DNA of 64,000 bases from Tricharina praecox (taxonomy: Eukaryota), in NCBI RefSeq assembly GCF_024521635.1, contig NW_026250404.1, forward strand, positions 1,984,001 through 2,048,000. Reading direction: 5' to 3'. Position numbers and translations under genes: made by a program. The notes below the pieces were generated by a model. That model made no database searches. It saw only the letters and a program-made list of their open reading frames with translations, and was not told where the DNA came from. Shown here in pieces: positions 36,901-47,711 of the stretch (its first letter is position 1; every line of letters begins with the position of its first letter).

Positions 36901-39900
36901 AGGGAGTAGGGAGTTGTTACTCTGCAGCCTGTACTGTGGGGTACTCTAACAAGCTCATGGCATGGGGGAGCCTGTGGATGACCGCGTTGCCCCCCTTCCC
37001 CCTCCCCTTCACCCCCTCCCAATCCTCGAGCAACAGCGGTGGAGCCAGTTGAACATCTGCAGGCTACTAGCCTTTGTCATCGTATTGCTTTTTGCAGTGG
37101 ACTTACATACAGACCTACATACCTACATATATCTTTGAGCTCTACTACTGCGGTGTGTCTCCCGGCGGTCCCTGCTTGAGCTCGGTATCTAGAGTAGGTA
37201 GTTAAGCTACTCGTACTCGCATGTATGTATGCGGAATCCATATCTAGGGCGTTTTGGCTGGAGACATCCCGTAACTTCATGTTCCCCTAGGTAGGCCGGC
37301 ACTTGAAGAATCACAGAGGTAGGTAGCTAGGTGGGTGGATGGGTGGATAGTTCAGCTCGAGACATCATCATCAGCGAGGATTTGGCGGTCTAGAAACCAA
37401 AAAAAAACTCCGACCCCGACCCGACCATCATGGCGATCCCATTTTCCTGCTGATGGTATGTATAGTAAATAGTGGTGGCAAAACACCGGCCTCGCCAGCT
37501 CAAACATTGGTGGCAGTTCCCTTCGTGGCCAGCTCGATGGCGGCGCCGATGATATGTACTATGTTTATACACACGTCTACCCTACATGTGTACATCCAGC
37601 TGTGTTGTGTCGAGCATTGTTTCAACTTTCAAGCTGGCTGGATGGATGACGTAGCGTATAAGGCGGTGACGGCGATGGAATCGAATCGTTGACATCGACG
37701 GACACAAGCACACTCACATACACGCACACATAAACACCACACACACACCATGATGGCTGAGCTCCAAGGAGGGTGGTACACATGGTAGGTACCTAATTCT
37801 TCATACATAGCCACGAGATAGCAGCGTCCGCGCCGCATCGGGACGATGCACACATCGTCCAGAAGTAGGCCCTGAGCACGCGCCCCGCGAGTCCTGATCT
37901 GTCGGACCATGACTGCAGCATTTCCCTTCGGGGAGGGGGCTAGGGGGAAGGTGGAGGGAGGGAGGGAGGGGGGTTCTTTACCGAGACGGTTTATTGGGGG
38001 CCGGCGGTGACTGGCTGGATCAACTGGCTGCAGAAGGAGGTGGAGGAAGCGGAGAAGGAGGAGGAAGAGGTGGGAGTCGGTTCCAAGTCCGTCTACTACT
38101 CTACTCCCAAATCACCTAAACCACCCAAAACAAAAAGACAAAAATACCAAAAACGGATGCCCGTCTATTAACGCTAAGCTCTGACCTCCCCGCCCCGCCC
38201 CGCCCGCCACGCCCCACCGGCCCGCACTCGTCTAAAGTAAGGGTGGGATATCAGCCGAATTGATAACTGAGACTGAGACTGCGGGCTGAAACGGTGAGGC
38301 AGGCTTGTGTGAGGGTACCTAGGCTGGCTGGCTGACCCACGGACGGTGGGGTTGTGGGGTAAGTAGTTCCAGGCCACCCGTTTCCGGCTGGGTGTGTGTG
38401 CAGATTCTATGTGGGGGGAAGGGGGATGTGGGGGGATTTCTGGATAGGTCGCGATAGATTGAAGAGCTTATGGGCCATGGACCATGGCTGAATTCACCGT
38501 TTCCCGCTCACTCACTCGGATTTCCAATCCGCGTGTCCAGAAGCACCCCCCCCTCCACTTCCCCACCCACTCCCGGGAGCACTCTATTCACCGCTTCGAA
38601 TCCTTTGTATGATGTCTCGCATCGCAAGCTCCGATGAGGCCAGGCCCTGGTGATCAAACCGGTGATCTTCAGCTACAGGTTCAAAGTTCACCACGGTACA
38701 TACCGTAGGTAGTGACATTTGCCTACTGCACCGCGCGGCGGTCCCGCCTGCTTTCGCCAGGGCTACCTAAATCTCTGCCTCTGCTACCTCTCCTCCTACT
38801 CAAGTTCCTCCGTGCACATCCACGTATGTATGAGGTATGTATGTAGGAAGTATGTATCATACCTCGGTCTGGCAACGACCTGGCGATGATCCCGCGTTCC
38901 CAGTTTCCTTCCGTTGCACCGATCGCTTCTACCCTTACTATCGCCAGCACTATCACCAGCAGCAGCAGCAGAACCATCACCACCACTCAGCTCATGTGGT
39001 GGTGGCATGTACGTACAATACATTACAAGGTCGAGGTTGAAACCTTATTTCCCCCAGCGCAGCCCAACCCAACCACAGCCAACCCAGCCCAACCCAACGC
39101 AAGCACTACTACTACTATCCACACGGAAACACCCGCTCTCACCGGTTCGGGGATGCGGGTAATCCGCCATCAATCGATCAGTGACTGACTTGACCGGGGG
39201 ACAGGTAAATCGACTCCACTCCACATCGGCTGCACTGCACTGTACAGATCGCGCGGCCCCCATGCCCCCATGCCGCCGTGGAAAGGGATTCATTCATTCA
39301 TTCCGACGAATGGCTCGTGCATGCGCTGCGCTGGGATGGGATGGGTTGGGTGAAGGGTGAGTAACTGTAGAGTAGAGTACAGTACAGTAGAGTACAAATG
39401 CTTCCATGTGGTTAGTATGGTAGCATGCCCCCTTCCGCCCCCCCCCCCCCCCTCCTCCCGTTTGACGAGCACTGCAGCCGTCCGTCGATGGCCACGAGAG
39501 CCCATATGCCCCCCGGAAGGGCAACGGGGGAATGCGAGAGTATGGCAGCAGCGGTTAAGCGAATTATACGTAGCGTGAATGGAATAATCTGCCGGGCTGG
39601 TCGGATTGCATGGCATGTGGGCATGGAGGGATCCCCCCCTCCCTCCCCAGTTGACTGTTGGCGCAGTTTTCTGTGCGTCTATTTTGGTTGGTTTCACAGC
39701 CCACACTCGACCCCTTTCTTCGGACTCAGGTGGGGTTGCAGTAGTTCTCCAAGTTCGTGATATACATCCTCTCGTCCTCACTCGCTCGCTCACTCGCTCG
39801 CCTATGGCTCCCCTTTCCTCCCCCTTAAGTAACACGATGCGGACTTGGATTGGTGTTGCATATTGACGCAGATGGCGCATATGCCTCGATGTTTCATTCA

Positions 39901-40104
39901 GTCGGGCGTTCAGGAAAAAATGAAACAACACGAGACGAGGTGTAGCACAACAGGCAGACTCGTGCCTGTTTATAGACATTAGCTGGTACCTTTTCAGTAA
40001 GGGACGGGGATGACTTATGGTAAAAAAATTATAGGGAGAACTGCTCGAAAGCAGTCCTCCCTCCACCCCCCCCCCCTACTCCAGCATCAAACACAAAAGC
40101 CACC

Positions 40105-41336
40105 ATGGAGCTCTTCAGTCGTTAATATCAAGGAGAGTCACATCATCACGGCTTCTGTTCCCTTTCCACGAGACAGTCCTACCCGAGGTGTATGGGAACA
40201 AAAAGCAAAGCGGACGAGTACGAAACTCTGAAGCCTCCTGGGGAGGTTCCCACTCGTGCAGTTGCCCTCAACAAGAACTCGGACAAGCTTTTCCCGTGGA
40301 CGGAAAAGCCACTCGTGAAATCATTCCAAGAATCATCGGGACTTCCAAGACGGCCAAGTGGCGACTCGGATAACCTCTCCATAAGCCTGTGGATCCCTTC
40401 ACATACCTTCTCAACCTACCCATGACCCCCTCCTCCGTACCTGAGACCGCTGGCAACTCTGAGACTCCGTATGTGACCGCATAACCCTCTGGGACAAGTT
40501 TTTGTTTTCTCCGCCAGAAGACGGAGCACGGACAAATAGAACATCCACAAAAGCCGTGTTTGAAGTGGCCTCACCGCGCCATCCCTTCGACCCGGGAACG
40601 GGGAGGGGACGAATGGGTTTGACCTGATGCCCATGCTCGTCTCGCCTGAGTCTCTCCAGAGGAAATAAACAGAGAGACGATTAACGCAGACCGGCGAGTT
40701 TTTTCCCGAAGGAAACCGAGCGGAATCAAGATCTTCCACTCGGGCAAAGGGAGCGGGCTCTCCGATGACGATCAGATGTATGGGGCAGTACCAATTGAAG
40801 GGGGTGCGAGTCGGAGTTGGCATTGAGTTTCCACGCCGGAATATGACGTCTTGCCCGTGAGTATGATATGCGTCCGCGCTTCCGTATGTAAACCTGGACT
40901 CTCCATGGAAGAGTTTGCAAGGTTCGCTGGGCCCTGCGCATTTCTGCATTGCAGAGAGCCGTGCCGACGAGGTCCTTCCAGGCATGATGGATGAAGCGCG
41001 TTGCAATCCGTTGGTAAGGCAATTCGTGCTCTGGGAAACCCAACCCCCAACTCGCAGTACCTAGCGGAATGTATATCCGTCAATGGTTTCAATACCACCC
41101 CGTCTGATGCCAAAGTCCCATGCATCAACACACACACCCTCAGGGAGGGCATGTATCCTTCACAAACTGTACATATGTACCGAGGACCGGGCCACAGAAG
41201 GGGGCAACGAGCGTACGACCTCTTGGCACATGCGCTGGAAGCTCTCCTGGACTTGCTGGGAAGCAGATCTGCGAGACATGAACGGGGAGACTTAGGGTTA
41301 AGTTCCGACACCACTGGGCGAAAAAACGAACTCTAG
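40105..41336 (+). pseudogene. Possible decayed gene relic (unidentified)
   Basis: Good start context (caccATGG) after a C-rich tract, then an in-frame TAA after 6 codons. Short protein-like fragments follow in changing frames, with an intron-like GTATGT...CAG at about 40469-40517. Confidence 0.25.
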
Positions 41337-41964
41337 CGGAGTCAACCGGAAGCTCGTTTCCCATTGACGACAGAGGTCGGGAAGTGGCCGGGACCCCACA
41401 AGAGCCGTGTATATTTTCATCAAGACTTTCGTCCTGCCAGTATGCCGTGAAACTATGGAGGGTGATGTGCGGGGGGTTCGTGCCCATGTGGGACGAGAGT
41501 CTCGAGCGTTGCAGGTAGGAAACAGAGGAGGGTGGAGGGCCATATTGCAGTTTCGGGTAACCGAATAGGAGAAGAGCTTGAAAATCCGCAAAGACAATTG
41601 GGTGGAGGATAATCGGAGTTGTGGTGGATCCAAAACAGAGGTGGTGATGACATGGGAACGGGAAGGGAGGAGAGGAGCTACCTAGAGTAGGGTTTAAAGG
41701 GACGTGTTCGTGACGCGACTTGCCAAGGCCTAGACACGCCGCACCAAGCACCGGCGATGCGTGTAAATGGCTAGCGTACTTTCCAACCCCTCTAACCCCT
41801 CCAATCCTGCACTGCGATAGAGAGTTCTCGTTCCAAGATCCACCACCCCCGCCAACGCCGAATCGCGAGAAAGTTGAAGTCCTCCAACCGCAAACGCTGA
41901 CTCCCTCCATCTGCGGTCGCATCGCCCTACTCAATCCCAACATTCCACCTACAGATTCGGCCCA

Positions 41965-44330
41965 ATGGAACCAGATACGACTCAACCGGCCGAAAATAAT
42001 CACGTTCCCGTGTGGTGCGTGGGACATCAGATCAAGAATCCCGACAGGAATGTCGACGCCAGTCTGGTTGATGCGGAGGGTAACTCTGGCGTAAGTTGAT
42101 AGCCGTTCACTCGCTACTCGTCCCACTGAGCTGATATTTGCGAGGTTTAGTATGACATGGTCACTGGACGTATCAGCAACTCCCGGTTTCACAAGCGTGT
42201 CCTGAGAACAATCGAGCAGGCGAGATCGGAACGCCGCCGGCATGTCCATATCGAAGGGTTAATGGCTGACGAGGTCAACCTCGCACCCGGAGCTCACATC
42301 TCGGGTGTCATTGCGCTGGTGTCACCGTGGATTGAGATCGAATCTACGGATCCCCTAATTGCTCATATTTCCAAGCAAGTGCTGGATCTCGAACTTGCGT
42401 ATGCGGCATTCTGCGGTCTGGGTCACGTCGTCATTCCTGGCCCCAAGGTTCGGTCAGACGTTGCAGCATATGCTCAGGCAATAAGCACCGCGTTGTCTCA
42501 TTCAGCGTATATGCAGCTTCTGGTCCAATTCTCAGTCGATGAATGGGTAGGTGACGAGGACAATAAATCGGAGAACGCGCTGTATGATCCACTTTCAGCT
42601 TGGGATGCTTGGAACACAATACGGACGGTCTGTCGGTACAATACGCAATTGGCCATTGGTACGGTGAATTGTAGTTTAATATCTGTGGTTGGGCCAGTCC
42701 CGCTGACTATTTGTTCCAGCCCTACGAATACCGTCCAGGCTACCCTCTCCCTCCGTCACACGGCGGTGGTTTGCGGAGCCGCTGCGGATGTTGATCGTAT
42801 CGTCATCCACCTTCTGCCCGAATAACAAAGGATTCCCCGTCCTATCCAAGCTCCACCAGGGTTTATTCACGAAGTACATGAGGCTTCGGCCGACTCCATA
42901 CATTCTCTTGACCGAAACCAGCGCCCCGCTGGTAGTCAGAAGCACTGGTCTCCCCTCAAGGGTACGGCACGAGCATGATGCGTATCTCATTTACATCCGG
43001 CATTTGCAAAAGAATCAGCCGACGCAGTCTACGGTGGAAAGGTTCGGCGCAGGCTATCAGGACTTCCTCCAGGCACCTCTGCAGCCTCTGGCCGACAATC
43101 TGGAGAGTATCACTTACGAAGTGTTCGAAAAAGATCCTGTCAAGTACGATCAATATGAGAAGGCCATCGAGCTGGCTTTGGAAGACAGGGAGTTAGGAGA
43201 AGAAATGTATGTAGCTTGCACCCTTGTGGGCTTGCTTGCTCACCCTCTAACCCCTTCAACTGACATTTCACTCTAGTGTTGTTGCGGTCGTTGGCGCTGG
43301 TCGTGGCCCGCTCGTATCCAGGGTTTTACAGGCTGCGAAGAATTCCCGGCGGACAATCAAGATGGTTGCGGTTGAAAAGAATCCCAATGCCTATGTCCAC
43401 CTCCAGAGACAAAATGCCGAGCGATGGAACAACGTTGTTACGATTATCAGGAGCGACATGAGGTCCTGGAAGCCGGGCTTTACGGTCGATATCCTGATAT
43501 CGGAATTACTAGGAAGCTTTGCGGACAACGAGCTGAGTCCAGAGTGTTTGGACGGTGTTCAAAGGGTTCTGAATCGTAAGTTATCCTCGCATCTATTCGG
43601 GTTTTCCCGCAATGCGCGAATCTGCGCTAACAGTAATATAGCCGATGGAGGTGTGATGATTCCACAGTCCTACTCGGCGCATCTGACACCAATAATGGCG
43701 CCTAAAATCTTCGCGGATATCTCCACCCGAAAGCACGATCCCGACGCCTCCGAGACGCCTTATGTGGTGATGTTACAGTCGATAGAGAGTCTGGCAGAGA
43801 ACGATCACATTGAGAGGATGTGGGACTTCTCGCATCCAGTACCCTCGAATGTCTTAGGCGAGGCTGCCTCCATGTGCGGGGGTTTCGTCGGGTTGGGTGA
43901 CGGCGGAAATGACCACAATTTGCGAAGCTGCAAAGCCTCTTTCAAAGTACCTCGACGAGGAGTGGTTCACGGACTGGCCGGTTACTTCGAGAGTGTTCTG
44001 TACGGCAATGTCGAGCTTAGCACAAGGCCGGATACCATTGATCAGAAGAGCAAAGACATGATCAGTTGGTTTCCGATATTCTTTCCCTTGAAGGTATGTT
44101 TCCCCATAGCAATCCATAGAACTTTTTCCGACGGGCTAACCTCTCAACCGCAGACGCCATTGTACGTTCCTGATCAGGCCGAGATAGACGTCTCCATGTG
44201 GAGGCAGTCAAGCGAGCGTAAAGTCTGGTACGAGTGGATTGTCGAGGTGTTTGTGACGAATGGCGCCCAGAGATACAGACTTGGTAGCTCTGACCTCCAC
44301 TCCTCAAAAAAGAATGGCTGTTTGATGTAA
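41965..44330 (+). CDS. PRMT5: Protein arginine N-methyltransferase 5 (PRMT5/Skb1/Hsl7 family), multi-exon
   Basis: YQDFLQAPLQPLADNLESITYEVFEKDPVKYDQYE, VGAGRGPLV, VEKNPNA, DILISELLGSFADNELSPECLDG and MISWFPIFFPLK. Exon 1 (ATG 41965) splices GTAAGT...TAG into YDMVTGRIS. Confidence 0.95.
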
Positions 44331-44632
44331 TGGGCGAATATTCTGTAGCTGTTGGCAGTTGGATACACTTGTGATTGGATTTTTCTTAGCATGCGAGAGA
44401 TATCAGATACCGATTTTGGCTTACTGAGTACTCGTTCCTTCAAAATGACATGATAGAATATCTTGGATTGATTGCATGTACATAATAAGAGCGTGATTGG
44501 GTTGATAATGTTCCCACGAGCCAACTTCCAAAGGCTGAACCCTGCAAGCCCTGCCGCAGAGCCGCTTATGACGAAAAATAAAGCATTTGACTTCCTCCCC
44601 ACCAGCTCTGCCACTAACCACATATCTCCACC

Positions 44633-45286
44633 ATGACTACCACGACTTCTCAGAACGCCGCTCGACTACAACATCTGTGGGAGGCCTCACATGCGCTTGC
44701 AACTACGGCCCCCGCGGTATCCGCGCATTTGATGTCCCGCTACCAATTGCTGTCCGCCGAGGACCTCTCCACTTCCGCTGCGAGTCGACGAGGTGTGGCA
44801 TGCCCTTTCTGCGGCACCATCCGCAACCCAGGCAGCGCTACAGACACCGCAGAGAGGAGAACAAGGAGGGATCAAGAGACCAATGTCGATGGAGACGATG
44901 GGACGTATACATGCCCCGCGTGCAAAAAGATAACCGCCGATGACGCCGATATCCCATCGCCCCCAAAGCGCTCAAAGATTGCCTTCTCCTCCACCTCTAC
45001 TAGCGCCACCACCGCGACCACAGCGACCACAACAGCTGCCATAATCTCCTCGGCAACTACCGTATTACCGACCACATCTACATCCACATCCATACCCACT
45101 GAAGCGAACACTCCGCCGATCAGCAACAGCAAAACATCCTCGAAGACTAAGGGCAAATCGCGAAAAGGGGGCAAAGCATCGCTGTCAAAGATGCTCGCTG
45201 CTCAGAAACAACAGGGTAATAACGGCAACGGCGGAGTGCGTGGGGGCTTTGGACTCGATCTTATGGATCTTCTCAAGACTGCATGA
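44633..45286 (+). CDS. Rpr2/Rpp21/Snm1-family zinc-ribbon subunit of RNase P/MRP
   Basis: ARLQHLWEASHAL...AVSAHL N-terminus, two CxxC pairs (CPFCG, CPAC) and a basic tail ending GFGLDLMDLLK. Confidence 0.78.
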   Translation: MTTTTSQNAARLQHLWEASHALATTAPAVSAHLMSRYQLLSAEDLSTSAASRRGVACPFCGTIRNPGSATDTAERRTRRDQETNVDGDDGTYTCPACKKITADDADIPSPPKRSKIAFSSTSTSATTATTATTTAAIISSATTVLPTTSTSTSIPTEANTPPISNSKTSSKTKGKSRKGGKASLSKMLAAQKQQGNNGNGGVRGGFGLDLMDLLKTA

Positions 45287-45943
45287 TACATAGGTGCGAG
45301 AACAAAAGAATAAACGACGTTTCTATGTGGTTCTTACATGCTCTAGCTCTGTTCGCTCCAATTAATCTCGTTTGTGCTGGTGGTGGTGGAGGCGGAAAGA
45401 GAGGCGAGCCCTATCAGATAGGGAAGGCTTGAATGACTGTTCGCCGAGGCCTCCTTGACATCGGATTCAACCGATAAGTGACAGGCGCCATTCGTTGTTA
45501 GCGCCCGTTTTCGACAGTCTACGCCTGCGATTCTCCCGGTGCCGCCGCCACTGCCCTGCCCATTCCTGTCAGGGAAGTGTCACGTCCGGTGAAGCCGATC
45601 GGGCTTGCGTGACAGCGTCCCACCGATTATCGCTCTTGCCCCGAAGAGGCTGTTGGGATGAGAGCACGAGAGCGAGATGGGAACCGCTGCGCTGTGATAA
45701 GCCTCTTTACTGGGAACCCACCATCTCCACCTCGCTTTCATGCAAACACAAGGGGATGGGGGCGCGGGTGGATACCTTGGGGGGCGCGCGCGGGGGGGAG
45801 GGGCAGCTGGTTTACTGCTTAGTACGTACCGGTACAGGTGTCATCCAACAATCCATCCAGCTTGCTTGCAGCTTGCTCGCTCATACGACCGTTCCCGTTC
45901 CCGGGAAATTTCGTTCATCCTCCGGGGAATCCGAAGAGCCCGC

Positions 45944-46100
45944 CTTGCCTGCTTGCCTACTTGCCTACTTGCCTGCTTGCCTGCTTGCCTGCTTGCCTGC
46001 TTGCCTGCTTGCCTGCTTGCCTGCTTGCCTGCTTGCCTGCTTGCCTGCTTGCCTGCTTGCCTGCTTGCCTGCTTGCCTGCGTGCCTGCGTGCCTGCTTGC
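45944..46100. repeat. (GCCTGCTT)n microsatellite, about 19 copies
   Basis: Seen directly. It accounts for the LACLPACL-type spurious ORFs. Confidence 0.95.
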
Positions 46101-47680
46101 GTGAAAATTTGTGTCAACTGGGATACGTTCAGGCTGCACGCCGGGATGAGGCTTCGTTATTGACAGCTGTTTCGGCGGGCTGCCGGTGCTCTACCTAGAT
46201 ACTTTACGCACTACCGGTATCCCAGGACGCGCGAATGAGCGAGCGCCTGTCTGCCTCTCTACTGGCTAAATGCGGCTCGAGATGAGATATATCGGCATAA
46301 AAGGGGAGAGGACTAGAGCTCGTGCCTAGGCACTCAGGAAACCAGACCACGCACGCCGTACCGAGCCCGCTTACGCCGCACCCACCGCCATCGTCGTCGC
46401 AACCACATAGGTATCAAATGTTTGAGAATCTGCCGGCTGTTGCGTTCGTTCATGCACGGATACATCGGGTTCCGGTTTCACCGGCTGGCAGTATAGTTGG
46501 CAGTTGGAAGTTGGCTGGCGGTTGGCTGGACATTTTAGTGGCAATTCGCCACATATGTACATATAACTTCTCCGACATACGTTTTATGGTCGAACTTATG
46601 AAGAGGCCGGGCCGAATGAAGGTGTTCAATGCCGACACTTGGCACATTGCACTGCCATTTACTTCACTGATATGACACGCACATACACAGAATAATTACG
46701 ATGCTGCACGGGGCTGCAAATCTCGGTTGCAAGTGTGCAAGTGCTGAGACACGCACATGGCAGAATTTCCCGGTTTGCTGGGTTCGTTGCGGCAGATGTT
46801 GGGGCGGAAGACACTGGGGGGGGTGGTGGATGAGGGGGTGGTGACGGGGGAGGGTACACGTCTTCAGTGCCACGACAGGTAATGTGTGGTGGGCTCTGTC
46901 TGTGCATTGCATTGCATGAACTTATACTTCACTCGACTTGAGTGGACTTAGCATGTCAGCCAGCCAGCCAGCCCACACATGCGGTGCGGGTTGATTCGAT
47001 ATCCCCAAGATCACCCCGATTCCATGGCGTGCGGTGCAACAGAACAGCCGTTGTCAGGGTTCTGTTATGGAACGCACTGTATTTACATAGTTCTAGATAC
47101 TTCTCCGTTCCCCACCACCTCCTCGCGAGGCACGGACAACACCGACTTGCAGTGCAGAGGAGGATGCCCATTTGTTTTTTGTTTTTGTCTGGTCATTAAC
47201 TACCTGCGACCCATGATCTATCTGGATCATGGCAATGGCAATAACTACACACTCCGTTTCCTTCTCATTGTCCAACCCAACGTTTCGTCAGGCGGCCCGA
47301 CATGTCTTCCCCCTCCCTCCTCCCTCCGCCCAGCCCGGGCCTTTCCCCAAAGGAGGGAGGGAGAAGCCCCAGGGGAAGGGGGAGGGTCGCGGCAGTTTAA
47401 GTGGTTGTGGGGTGATTCGAGTGACCGATCCGCACGCTCCCTCTCCCTCCATCGGTGCGGCGAGGACTCGACGGCGCCCCCCCGCACTGCCTCTGGCTGC
47501 TAACGGGACCTCGGGCCGCGCTGCTGGTATTATGCCGAAGGCGAGGAGACGCGGGCGGGGTCGGGCTGGGGTCGGGCTGGGCGTGCTTGGGCTTGTGGGG
47601 TCTATACTATCTACTCGACCGTCTACGTGCACTCGTGGGTACTTACGTACTCCACGTAAATAGATACGCACCGACACTTG

Positions 47681-47711
47681 CTTCTTCTTCTTCTTCTTCT
47701 TCTTCTTCTTC
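47681..47711. repeat. (CTT)n microsatellite
   Basis: Seen directly. Confidence 0.9.

Noticed and set aside
24661..46100. Tandem repeats considered as CRISPR-like arrays
   Set aside because: The context is eukaryotic, and the repeats are head-to-tail microsatellites without unique spacers.
45495..46198. ORFs with LACLPACL repeats
   Set aside because: Translation artefacts of the stop-free (GCCTGCTT)n microsatellite.
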